Shown here: positions 1 through 11,972 of the stretch, piece after piece | Position numbering within the stretch: position 1 is the first letter of the stretch | Layout: each line of letters starts with the position of its first letter | NCBI GenBank assembly: GCA_965112735.1 | Contig: OZ218953.1 | Span: 124,001 to 188,000, forward strand | DNA length: 64,000 nt | From: Phaeosaccion multiseriatum | Taxonomy: Eukaryota > Protista > Ochrophyta, other classes | Reading direction: 5' to 3' | The notes under the pieces: generated by a model | Database searches by the model: none | What the model was told of the DNA's origin: nothing | Seen by the model: only the letters and a program-made list of their open reading frames with translations | Made by a program: the position numbers and the translations under genes

Positions 1-402
1 AGGAGGACACTTGAAATGGGGTCACCAAAACCCAAGTCCCGAATATCTGCAGCAGCAGCTACAAAACAAAGCCCCTGCCACGCGTCCTCCACAAGCACCC
101 TCCACCCTCCTGTCACTCGCAGCGCCTTCCCTTCCCTTCCATCACACGCCGTCACCATGCTCTCCTTCAGCTCTCCCTCAGCACCGCCACCTCCCCCTCT
201 CGCTTCTCGTCATCGTCCTTCTGACCGATAGCGGTGGTAGGCATGCCCGAAGCCTCTGGCCCCCCTCTTTGTGGGCAGCGCAGTGGGGCAGCAGCAGGAT
301 CTTACTCCGCCGCGCATCCGCCACCACACCATTCGATAGCTCCCTGCCCCTCCCTGCCCCTCCCTATCCCATCGGCCGCAGCACAGCAGCGCAGGACCAT
401 GC

Positions 403-520
403 GGCAGCCTCACCGACAGCGTGTTCAAGCCCTCTCTCTCTCTCTCCACAGACCACAGGGCAGCCTCACCAACAGCGTTTTCAAGCCCTCTCTCTCTCTC
501 TCCACAGACCACAGGGCAGC
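403..520. repeat. ~58-bp tandem duplication containing (CT)n
   Basis: GCAGCCTCACC(G/A)ACAGCGT(G/T)TTCAAGCCCTCTCTCTCTCTCTCCACAGACCACAGG occurs twice in tandem. Confidence 0.85.
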
Positions 521-1134
521 CGAATCTCGTCCCCGACATGGAGCCCCAGCCCGAAAGCAAACCCACCCTACTCGCCCTATTCCATCCTCCACTGCTTCCT
601 TCTCCTTGCAGTCCTCTGCCTCGGGTGGTGAGGGGGGAGCTGTGCCCTGTTACCCTGTCACCCTGTTACCCCCGCCCCCTTGCTTCCGTTCATGTCGTCA
701 TGTCGGTCGCAGCTCGTCGCTTCTTGGGCACAGGTGGAGGCAGTGCAGTCTCCCCCGTTTGCTTCCCTCCGCTTGCACCCTTTTCATTCGAGATGCCTCC
801 TGTACACCCTCGGCCTACTTGTCGGAAGCTCTTGAGCGAATCTCACACCCGTCTCGCTCTACACCTCTGGACCACGCAGCTCCGTTGTGCCGATTCAAAG
901 TCCTCCTTGGATCTGCTTGCTTGCTTCTTATCGAGCCCATAAGCTCAAATACACATCTCGCGCCCTACCCCTACCGCCTCCACTAACCTCAGCCAAGCGC
1001 ACTAAAAACCAACAAAAAAAAGTTACAGCTCTATTTCACACCTCGCACCTCTTAGCAACACACGGCACCTCTTGACCACAGCTCCATGGCCAACGCACAG
1101 TCCTGATTCCTGATTCTTGTCGTACCCCTCAACC

Positions 1135-1815
1135 CTAACGGCGCCCCCGGGAGAAAAGAAGGGAGAGGCCCACCGCTACTGCTGTCGCTCCCACGGCCCC
1201 CAGGACAGCGTACCTCTCCCCCTTTTCCTGCCGACTCCGGCACAGATCGTGCAACACGAGGCCCGCCGGGTGTTCAGGCTCCATTCGCAGCAATTTCTCT
1301 ACATAGATCCGGCTTTGACTCCAATCCCCAGTGCCGTAGAAGGAGAGGGCCATACTGTAGTAGAGCTCCTCGGGGTGCGCATATCCGGAGTCCACAAACT
1401 TCATCAAAGACCTTCGGCCTTCTTCCCGCTCGTGCTTCTTCCCGCTCTTGCTCTGAGCTTGCAGGTTCGGGTTGAAGTTTGGGGTTAGAGTTATGTGAAA
1501 CTTGGATCAAACTTGTACCAATGCTGTACCAAGAGCCCACCGCACTCACCTTTACCATGGCTAACTGTACGTACAGCTGGCGCTGGACCTCTGCGAGGGA
1601 AGGGGGCATTTAAGAAGGCAACGCGGATATCATCACCCCCTTGTTACTACCAGCTGCCCCCGCCGCCACGTGCTGCCATCCCCCGAAGACACAGACTCAC
1701 CTTTGTTGTCACAGTTTTCGATCCGTCTGTGCAGCTCACTAATAAGCTCTGTCACCATACTCCGCTCCTGCTCCAGCTGAACATCAAGCTCGTTCTTCTC
1801 CCCGCCCAGCATCAT
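1135..1815 (-). CDS. FIS1: Mitochondrial/peroxisomal fission protein FIS1-like (TPR, tail-anchored), 3 exons
   Basis: GT-AG joins give ...EVQRQLYVQLAMVK|SKSGKKHEREEGRRSLMKFV...EELYYSMALSFYGTGDWSQSRIYVEKLLRMEPEH, then a C-terminal TM (AVLGAVGATAVAVGLSLLF) and basic tail RGRR. Confidence 0.85.
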
Positions 1816-1954
1816 CTTTGTACTGGTCACACCGCGAAAAGGGGGATGAAAGGGAGTAGAGATTAGAGAGAGAAAATGCTAAAGAGTTGGTGCTCCAATA
1901 GTCGACAGAGGGAGAGAGGGACAAGATTACAATTTTTTTTTTATAAAGAGAGAA

Positions 1955-2424
1955 ATGGCGGAGGAGCAGCAGCACGGCCGTGCTCAGCTCCCGCAGAACT
2001 ACAGAATCAGCAGGTGAGTGGGAGGGCGAAAGAAAGCGCAAAGACGGTACGAGGAAGGAGAGTGAAAAACTTTTTTACCCTTCTCTCGAATCGATGGGAG
2101 GGGGGGGGGGAGGACAAGTGCTATGCTGAAATCAATTCATCGAGCGTAGCTTTAACTCCCTCTCTCCGACACTCCCCTCTTGAACACCCCCTCCTCCTCT
2201 GCAGCTCCCACATAAGAACTGTGAGGCAGTTCAGGGGCGCAGATGACAGATGGGCGAACGAAATGAGGGGAAGGTGGTTCCCTGAAGAGATTGCCTACCT
2301 GGAGGTTGTCTACGAGCTCTTCCTCGATGGCCTCTTGGACGTAAGTGCCGTGTGTGGGTGTGCGCCCCTCTCCCCTTTCCCTCTCGCCTATGCATTAAAC
2401 GGGGTTTCTTTCCGACCCCCCACG

Positions 2425-2479
<55 letters not shown>

Positions 2480-3638
2480 CTCTCTCTCCAGGACGTGCAG
2501 CCTGGCTGCACCTTTCGGGAGTTCATGGCCGAGCTGCTGGAGTGTGACACGATGCGCATCTCAAAAAAGTTCTCGGGAGTGAACCATCGGATAGGCCACT
2601 TGCGGTAAGTAAGGGCTCTGCTTCAGTGGTGTGTGCCTCCCCTGAGAGCCTGCATCGCTTAATGGGTATGCGTGTTTTTTACCGCCATGCACACAGGTTT
2701 CCGAGAGCTCCTCAAAAGCTGCTCCCCCTCGCGGAGCTGAACAAGCGCAAGCAGCAACTTGAGACGCTTGAAACCAATTACTTGAACAGGTAAGCAAGCC
2801 CGCAGCCACAAGGGACGAGTCCCCGGCGAAGTACTCATCCTTCCCCCCTCCCTCATTTCCGTCCAGGCGAGCAGTGATCCGGCCCCGCAAGCGGCCACGG
2901 AACGAGGATGGAGACGCAGGGGGCGTCATGAGTAGACACGCAGAGCCTTACCCTCCGTTCGAGCAGCAGCAGCAGCAACAGCAGCAGCCCCAGCACGGGC
3001 ATATCCGGCACGAGGAAGGGCTTGGAGAGGGGCAGAGCCTGAGGGGCAAGAGGGGGGCGCAGGGGGGACAAGGCAGCACCCAAGGCGGAGGAGGGGAGCA
3101 CAACGGCGCAGACGGGGTGGCAGGGTACGCAGCTGCTCGGGGGGGGGCGGCAGGCCCTTGTGGACCGTCAGGACCCCTATTCCGCCCGCCAGGCGCCGAC
3201 GCAGCCGAGAGCTTTGGCGCCCAAAGTAAAGAACCCGCGGCCTGGTCCAACAGCCCCGACGACGAGAAGGCTGCGGACGAGGTTGAGTACCTAAGGTGAG
3301 ACTCACTTCAGTCGCTTCCGTGGCCTGGCCCTTGCCGCTTCACTGCCGCTCCACCTCAGTCACCTCCGTACCCAGCCTCATACCCCCCCCCCTGTTCCCT
3401 CAGGTGGGAAATTCATAACAAGTGGTTCACAGTTCCTGGGCCTGCGTACGGCTCGTTGCTCACACAGCTCGCCGTGGATACACACATGAACCGCCTGCAC
3501 GTGGAGCAGGGCGTGGAGATGCTCAGGACGGTGTTCGAGGCCAAAGCAGTGGCCGCAGCAGGGGGGAAGGCCCCCTCGGGCAAGGACTCAGCCGTGGCGG
3601 CGGCCAAAGGCAGTGTATTTTTGAATAAAAAAAAATAG
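1955..3638 (+). CDS. Uncharacterised protein with Myb-like RGxWxxEE...CDxMRISKKF domain, ~6 exons
   Basis: In-frame spliced chain MAEEQQ...RGRWFPEEIAYLEVVYELFLDGLLD|DVQPGCTFREFMAELLECDTMRISKKFSG...; polyQ region; all joins GT-AG. Confidence 0.75.
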
Positions 3639-3760
3639 ACACTACTTCCCCCGCCGGAGCTATTGGCGGAGCTTGGGCCGCTCTGAATAGATACATGGGC
3701 TGCGAGGGGTCATGACGATGAATCAGTGTCAGCTCGCTCTCTGCTGTCAGCAGTTAGCAG

Positions 3761-3971
3761 TTAGCCCGCCATCTGCACCGCCTTCTCGGCTGCGGTCTCC
3801 AAGTCATCGCACACCGTCATCTTGAAGTCGCTGCAACACACACGACAAAGCAAAGGGGAAGGGCAAAAGGGAGAGTGTGACTTGGGGGCCACACTGAGGC
3901 CTTGAAGGAGACCTTGGAGGGGGCTGTGGGGTCAAGAGCGGAGGGGAAATGAACGGACGGACGGACGGACG

Positions 3972-4006
<35 letters not shown>

Positions 4007-4483
4007 GGACAGACAGACGGACAGACAGACAGACGGACGGACGGACGGACGGACGGACGGACGGACGGACCTGGCGTTGAGGAGGTCGTGCGCCTTCTCC
4101 ACATTGGTGCCTTGTAACCGAATCACGATGGGTTTGTCCGTGCCGATGGACTCCGCCGCCTTGAGCACTCCCGAGGCGATGACGTCGCACCGCATGATGC
4201 CTCCAAAGATGTTGACCAGAATGGTCTTGACCTGTCGGGCAGGAGGGAAGCGTTAGGACGGGGTTCATCGCACAGCGCGAGTGAGCAGAGCAGGCTTCAG
4301 TCCGAACACCATACATTACACACATTGGGGTCGGCGTCCAGCAGCTCCAGGGCCTTCTCCACTTGGGCCTCCGTGGCTCCTCCCCCCACGTCAAGGAAAT
4401 TGGCGGGGTCCCCCCCCTTGAGCTTGATGAGGTCCATAGTGGACATGGCCAGGCCGGCTCCGTTCACTGGGAGGGAGGGACAG

Positions 4484-4547
<64 letters not shown>

Positions 4548-6403
4548 AAGTAACCAAGGCGTGTCAGGACAGGACAGGACAGGACAGGAAAGGCGAATAC
4601 ATGAGAAGAGCCAACCCCTGCCGCTGCCACTGTCGCTGCCTCTGCCTCACCCATGCAGCCGATGTTGCCCGTGAGCCCGATGTAGTTGAGGTCGTACTTG
4701 GCCGCCTCCACCTCCCGAGAGTCCTCCTGTGAGAAGTCTCTGTGCTGGAAGATGTCCTTTTGCCGCCACTCCGCGTTGTCGTCAAAGTTGAGCTTGCCGT
4801 CGCAGGCCAACACTGCGATGCAAAGCAAACGGGGGGGGGGTTGTGAGAGGGCCGAACAGGACAGGACAGACACGTGTCTGCTGCCATCCACAGCACTGAC
4901 CTCTCCCGTCCGTGAGCTCTGCGAGGGGGTTGATCTCGAGCAAGGTGCAGTCTGTCTTGAGGAACATGTCGAACATGTTGCTCAGCAGCGTGGTGCCCTG
5001 CAGAGAGTGCCGACAAACAACGGCCTTGTGCGTGAGTGGGGAAGCCGATGGCATGACCCTCTCTTCTCCTCCCCCCCTCCCCCCCCCCCCCTCTCTCTCT
5101 CTCTCTCCCGCCTCACCGACTTGAACGCGTCAGTCCCCGGCTGCATCTGGAGGTGCTCCGCGATCTTCTCCGCCTGCGCCTGCGTGAGGCCGACGTTAAT
5201 GTCCACCTTCTCCTGCTCGAGGGAAGGGGCAGACAGCAAGCGACAACGCAGCGACAACGCTCAGCAAAGCCCAGCGTGGGGCTTGCTTGACAACACAACA
5301 CACCTTGAGGATGAGCTCCGGGTTGGACTCTGCGAGGTCCTCGATGGAGGTGCCCCCGTCTGCGCACGCCACAATCACGGGGCCCTGTGACGCGCGGTCC
5401 ATCATAATGGAGAGGTACATCTCTCGCTTGATGTCCACGCACTCCATCAGCAGCACCTGCACCATGAGCGCGAGCTTAGGGAACCGGGCGACAGGGGGGG
5501 GGTCAAAAGTCTTCGTTTTCGCCTCGCACCTTATCGCAGGGCAGTCCGTCCGCGCCCGTCTGCTTGGTCACGAGCTGCTGCCCAAGCATCTTCCCGGCGA
5601 AGGAGGTCGCCTCCTCCGTACTGCGTGCGTGAGGGGAGGGAGGGCGGCAAGTGGGCAAAAAGGCCTTTGAGGGACTTCACTTCAGCTGGTGTGGTACCAG
5701 GAGGACGCTTGAAGGTTGTTCTTCGTACCTATTGCAGATGTGGACCCCCCCCTTGAGGCCGCTCTTGAACGTGCCCAGGCCTCTCCCGCCGCTAAGCACC
5801 TGTGCCTTCACCACGACCTTGCCCCCACCTTGTCCACGCAGAGAAGCCCAGAGGTCACAGAGAGGCACAGAGGTTATAGAGCCGAACGACAAGAATAACG
5901 TGGAGCCCTCCTTCCACACTCACCTGGGCCGTTCGAGATTAGAGAAAAGGCGCTGCCAATGTCCTTGACATCGTCCACCATCTTGTACGCGGGAACGCCC
6001 ACATTGTGCTTCTCCATCACCTCCAGCGCCACGTACTCGTGAACGTTGAGGTGTCGCACTTGCTGCAGCTGTTGCGACCAGCCGCGTGAAGCACACGCCG
6101 CATTGGCAGCAGCAAGAGCAGAGCTTGGAGAGCCCCTGGCGAGGGACTGCAAAACAAACAATAAAACACACAAAAGGACGATGACAAGATTTGACAGAGC
6201 GCTCTGTAAACACTCCAATAGCTGCACACCACAATCACAAGAGACATTGAGCCTTCTGTGCTAAGCTGGGCCGTAGCTCGTCGCAACGAAAGGAGAACGA
6301 ACAATTCCACGCGGTTCAGCTGTTGGGACAGTGATAAACTGAGCCTGCTCACCTTCCCTGATGCCATGGCCTTGGATAGCACCGATCTCATAAGCATGCC
6401 CAT
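3761..6403 (-). CDS. SUCLA2: Succinyl-CoA ligase beta subunit, mitochondrial (multi-exon); ADP versus GDP specificity not determined
   Basis: [47 protein letters not shown]|[38 protein letters not shown]; basic N-terminal presequence. Confidence 0.95.
3951..4070. repeat. Intronic compound (GACG)n/(GACA)n microsatellite
   Basis: Directly visible in the last SCS-beta intron. Confidence 0.95.
4485..4544. repeat. Intronic (CA)n microsatellite
   Basis: Directly visible. Confidence 0.95.
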
Positions 6404-7258
6404 CCTTTCCTGCTGACTTGCACCGCTTTGAGAGAGAAAACTGCGAGAGAAAGGAAGGCGGCGGGGCGAGGGAAGATTGGGAGTTTCAGTTTATTAGACC
6501 CCTTCAAAAATCGACCTTGTCCAAGGTCGCGATCCTATCGGCTATCCGGGCAGCTTTCAGGCGCAGCCATCGACCGTTCGACCGTTGCCAGCGTCAGTCG
6601 GCACGCTTCCACCTTTGCCCCCTCCCCCCCCCTCGGGCAGGACATGGGCAGGGTACTGACAGGCGTATGGGCAGAGGAGGGCAGCGCATGGGTGGCTTTT
6701 GCGCTCTCTCTCTCATTCTCTCTCCCTCTTCTCGTCGGGATGACGCCGGGATCCGTGCATCACGCTATCATCGGTGCCGTTTTGGAGTCCAATTTGACAA
6801 TGTCGGGTGCGGATGAGGTCTAAGCTGAAACTGAAACCGAAACACACTGTCACACTGTCGACCCCTGACGTGCTACCTGCTAGCTGCTACCGGCCAGCGG
6901 CCAGCGGCCAGAAGCATCCTACCGAGAACACGTCGGTAACACTGGACGTCGCCACTCGCGGACGGCAAGCACACTTTAAATACATGGTGCCAGTCTTTGC
7001 TCTGAGCTCCTGAGCTCCTCTCAGCTTCCTGCTGCTCCTGCTGCTGCTCCTGCCGCGCTCTTCAGGAAGGGCATCAGGTGAGGGGACAGCAGAGACCGAT
7101 CGCATGCATTCCATGGTTCGTGTTCAGAGCGAGAGACCTCCATGCTTGACGCTGCTCCATGCCCTCTGCCCTCTGCCCTCTGCTCGCTGCTCGCCGAAGG
7201 GCCCCAGAGACGCTCTTCTGCTGCACACACCGCACGTGAAGGAAGCGCGTTCAGCCCA

Positions 7259-9406
7259 TCAGTCGAGGGCGCCTCCAGGTCCGTCCCCGCGTCCGTGTGA
7301 GGGGTGTGAGCGGGCCCATTGGCTCGAGGGCGCTGCTTGGCCTCTTGGCAGCGCGTTACTGAGCGCGGCCATAACGGCAAGCAGTTGCTGCTGCTTTTGC
7401 AGCTCCCGCTGCGCGTCCGGTGAGCTGACGAAACGAGCGTTAAGGGGGCAATGAGATTCTCCTGCCAGAGAGGACAGGCGAGGCGAAGCCCAAGCAGAAG
7501 CAGCGGCAACACTCACTTACCCGGCAGCCTCTCCACCGTCCTCATCCCACTCCCTCCTCATGTACTCCTGCGCGCCTTCGCCGGCTGGCCGAATCTGCGC
7601 GGAGGGAGGGAAGGAGTGAGGGGTGCAGATTGGCGTAGCAGTGCGCCCCGTCGTCGTCTTGGAGACTTACCTTTTCCAGCGCCCGTTCGAAGTCTTGATT
7701 CAGCAGAGGCCGCTGGACGTCGGGCTCCTCCTCCTGTTCCTCCTCCTCTCGGTCGGTTCCACACCTCTCTCTCCGCAGCCGTCTCTGCGCCCACCTCGCC
7801 GCCTGCGACACAGGGCCCATGGCTGCGGCGCCGCAGAGCTCTTTCAAGTCGCTCCCCGAGAAGCCCTCCGTACGCTGCACAGTGAATTGCCTTGTCAGTG
7901 CTTCGCGGCGGTATGGTATGCAAGAACGCCCTCCCCCCGCCCCCCTCACCTTGGCCAGCCCCTTGAGGTCGACTGTCTCGTGAAGCTTCTCCCTCCTGAG
8001 TACCACGGTAAGGATCTGATGCCGCTGCTCGAGCTGGGGCAACGGTATCTCGAAGCTAGCAGGCAAGCGGCGTAGGATGGCGGTGTCGATGTCGTAGGGT
8101 CTGTTGGTCGCACCGAGCACGATGATACCGTGGCTGCTCGAGGAAGTGAGGCCGTCCCAAAGCGTCATAAATTCGGCCATCATGCTGCTAGTGGTAGGGC
8201 AGTAGCTTGCACCTTCCTTCCCCCTCGAGGTCATGAAAGAGTCGATTTCGTCTATGAATATTATAGACGGTGCCAGCTTCCTGGCCAGCTGAAACACGGC
8301 ATTCACCATCTTGCCAGACTCGCCGAACCACTTGCTCTTGATGCTCGACATGTTGAGGTTGATGAAAGTGGCGCCGCTCTCTTTGGCGATTGCCTTGGCC
8401 AGCATGGTCTTGCCTGTGCCCGGCCTGCCGTACAGGAGGATTCCCTTGGGCAGCTGAAAGCGAAGGAAGGGGGCGTGTGGTATTCCTCAGACCTTCAACC
8501 ATCATTTGGCTTATCCTGGGGAAGAATGAATACCACCCACCGTAATGAGAGACGAGTTCCGAGCGGCGAACAGCTCGGGGTGGCGCAGGGGGAACACGGT
8601 GAGATTGAAGATGGCCTCCTTCTGCTCGTCCAAACCGCCGATCTGCGGAGGGGGAGGGGGGGGGGGGGGGTGGGCGGGCTTAGAGGGGATGTGAAGCGGG
8701 CGCGTTTACACACAACGGTTGCTGATAGCTGCCTGTGCCAAAGAGCCCTGCAGACCCAACCTCCCACTCGCAACAGGAGGAATAACAAACAAGCTCTGTC
8801 AAGCACTTGCTGTACCTCATCGAAGCTTGCCGAAATATCCGACGGATCCACCACGTCCTCAGCGGCGATGGCTGCTTCGTGCGATGTCAGCACCACGTTC
8901 GTTAGGTCTACAACAAGGAAGCGGGGGAGGGGAGAGGGGAGGGGGGGAGGGGGGAAGAAGCAGCATCAAGGACCTGCAAAGAGGGAAGAGCCTCTGCAGT
9001 GCCTTCGTCCTCTCGAGGCCCGGGGGGAGGGGTACCTGGTCTGCCCAATCTTTGGGCAAGCTCCTTCGCACTAATCCCACTCTTCCCATCTCCGTCCTTA
9101 AGCGATCGCGCAGCGCGCGCAGCCACGAGGAACATCACCCCGCCTGGACAAGGCGTAACATCAAAGGGGAAAGAGTAAACTCATAGCGTAAGGGGCTCCT
9201 TTCTCCTTTCTAGCCAGATCCAAGAACCCATAGACGTACCGACCGCAAGCGACAAACCAAGCTCGCTCGCGAAAGCCACAGCCGTTTTGTAGAAACTCGA
9301 GGAGTCCACCCTCGTTTCGCTGCGGGTTCTTGCCAAGCCTGCCATCCTCCTTTATTTCGGTGTAATCCGTAATCTCGTAATCTCCTTCCCCCCCCCAAAT
9401 CATCAT
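7259..9406 (-). CDS. ATAD1: ATAD1/Msp1 membrane-anchored AAA ATPase (multi-exon)
   Basis: N-terminal TM ([14 protein letters not shown]), [19 protein letters not shown], Walker [16 protein letters not shown], Walker [40 protein letters not shown]. Confidence 0.9.
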
Positions 9407-9737
9407 GTTGGTGCTCTAGTCGTCGGTACCTGTATTTTTTTTCGTGGCTTTGCTCTGCTGGGGAGGAGACAGGTTATAGAAATAAGTAAAGGAGGGAAAG
9501 CAAGGTGAGGCGGGCACGGGAGGATAGTGGGCAAGCCTGAGCTTTGAGTCGATGAGGGATTGCATGAGACCAGAGGCAGGCAGGCCGGCCGGCAGGCGGG
9601 CAGTAGTCGGGTGGGCAATAAGTGTTTTTGGATGTACGCGATGCTGCTGCTCTCTCATGCTCCCTTCTTCTCCCTTCCCTCCTCTCCCTCTTGTGCAGAG
9701 CACACTTGATAAGCAGAGGCGATATCAGGCAGGCAGC

Positions 9738-10933
9738 ATGCAGTGGGGAGATGACGATGATGACGACTATCTGCCCCCTCGTCAGGAGACATCTGTGGAT
9801 ACCCAGGGCATCAAAGTGGTAACGGAATACAAGTTCAATGAGAAGAGCGAGAAGGTGAGGGAAGGGAAAACGCCTTCTTTTGTCGAAGAGAAGAACCGAC
9901 CCCCACGTCCTGTCCTGTCCTGTCCTGTCCTCTCCAGGTGAAGCAAACAACAAAGGTGCGAGTGTACACGGAGCAGACGCGCATCAACCGCAAGTGCCAC
10001 GACCGCAGACGCTGGAAGAAGTTTGGACACGCCAGCCAAGGTGCGTGTTTCGGTTTAGCTAGCAGCAACCCGAACTTGCCTTCTGCTCTCTAACGAACCC
10101 AACGCACCGCACCTTTTCCTTTAGTGGAGGACAATGACAACTACACCATCAAATCGCTGGAGGACATTGCCATGGAGACTCCCCGCCAGTCCAAGGAGGC
10201 CGACGAGGGGGGTGGCAACGTGGAGGACGGCTTGGCGGCGGCCATGGAGCGGATGCGCAGGAGAAACGCCATGCGACAGGTCAGTCAGTGAGTCACAAGT
10301 GTGTGTGTCCCCTCCCGCCAGCCTGTGGGAGCCTCTGCGATACAGAAACCAACGCCTGTCCCCGTCCTCCCTCCGCACCAGGCGGGCTTGTTGGAGTCCA
10401 TGGCGGACGGAGATGCGCCCCCGATGGACGACGACGGACCCGGGGGGGGGGGCATGAGCGGCCTCAAGAGGGGCGGGGCGGGCAAGTACGTGCCGCCCTC
10501 CATGCGAGAGGGCGCGGGATCGGGCACCTCTGGGCCGGGGGGGGGAGGCTACGACGACCGCGACAACGCCAAGATCCGAGTGACAAACATCTCGGAGGAC
10601 ACCACGGAGGGGGATCTGCGCGAGCTGTTCGGCGTGTTCGGAAAGATCCACCGCGTGTACCTGGCCATGGACCAGGAGACCAAACAGAGCCGAGGCTTCG
10701 CATTCGTGTCCTTCACGAGCCGTTCCGACGCGGAGAAGGCCATGGAGGCGCTGCAAGGCTACGGCTACGATCACCTCATCCTCACGCTGGAGTGGGCACG
10801 GCCAAGCAACAGGGAGGGCGCCGGGGGGCCCGGGGGGTCCGGCCTCAGCGGTATGCGCGTTTCGGGCTACGGAGAGAAGCTCGCGCAAGACACCAAGGAG
10901 AAGGTGTCCTACGCTTCTAACCTTACCAAGTAA
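9738..10933 (+). CDS. EIF3G: Translation initiation factor eIF3 subunit G, 4 exons
   Basis: MQWGDDDD..LPP..GIKVVTEYKFN, RRRWKKFG, KYVPPSMR, C-terminal RRM (IRVTNISED, SRGFAFVSF, GYGYDHLILTLEWARP). Confidence 0.95.
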
Positions 10934-11380
10934 ATTCAGATTCAAAACACACGAAAAAAATTAACCACTGGGAGATTGATTCTCACAACGTCATCCATCC
11001 ACCGCACCTTCCCGAAGAATTCAATGAAGGCCTCTACCAAGGGTCGCACACGTCCTCCCCAGTAGTTATCGAGCTGCACCAAGTCGGTGCGAGTCAGGAC
11101 CCCACTTTAGTTCCCCTTCCCATTTTTTAGTTGATTAAAGGTCTAATGAACTGAACTGTAGCGGAGAACTCCCTCTGTCCCCAGACCGGTACCAGCACCA
11201 GCACCAGCTCCAGCACCAGCACCAGGACGATGAGGACGATGAGGACGACCAAAATGTGGTGAGTGCGTACAAAGTTTGAGTTTAGGTTTCCCCTCTCTCT
11301 TTCATCCCTCCCCTCTTCCGTCTTCCGTAGCCTGGCTGAGCCTCCGCCCCTCCCTTTGGTCTCCCCGCAGATCATTGAAG

Positions 11381-11485
11381 ATGGGGATCTTCGTATCGAT
11401 AACCCCGAAAGCGGAGGGGACAAGCGACTTGGGCAATGTGAGTCAAGAGGAGGAGGAAGGGAAGGAAAGGAATGTTTTTTTCCCT

Positions 11486-11537
<52 letters not shown>

Positions 11538-11667
11538 GCTCGCTCTCTCCCTCTTTGTGTGCGTGTGTGAGTCTCACCTCTTTTTCTCCCTCGCTTTCAC
11601 TCTCTCTCTCTCTCTCTCCCTCTCTCTCTCCCTCTCTCTCTCTCTCTCTCCCTCTCCCTCTCTTTCT

Positions 11668-11708
<41 letters not shown>

Positions 11709-11932
11709 TGTGTGTCCCCTCCCCCTCTCTCTTGTGTGTGTCACCTCTCTCTGGTTTGTTGTGTCTCCTTCCCCCCCCCCTGCCCTCCTTCTCTCGGTTA
11801 TTCAACACAGCATTTTGACTCGCGGTTGTTCAACGAAAGCCGCTGCAGCCACCACTACAAGTTCTACCACTGCGTTGTCAATGTGGAGGGTGATTCCAAG
11901 GGGGCAACGAGGGCTCCGAGCCCGCAACAGCA

Positions 11933-11972
<40 letters not shown>

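Noticed and set aside
1-1100. Gene in the first kilobase
   Set aside because: Some minus-strand stretches look exon-like, but no consistent spliced frame or recognisable motif could be built
6404-7258. Short ORFs between SCS-beta and ATAD1
   Set aside because: No motifs; consistent with UTR or promoter sequence in GC-rich DNA
1135-9406. Functional mitochondrial gene cluster (FIS1, SCS-beta, ATAD1)
   Set aside because: Three genes of differing function, interrupted by an unrelated gene; chance adjacency suffices without synteny data
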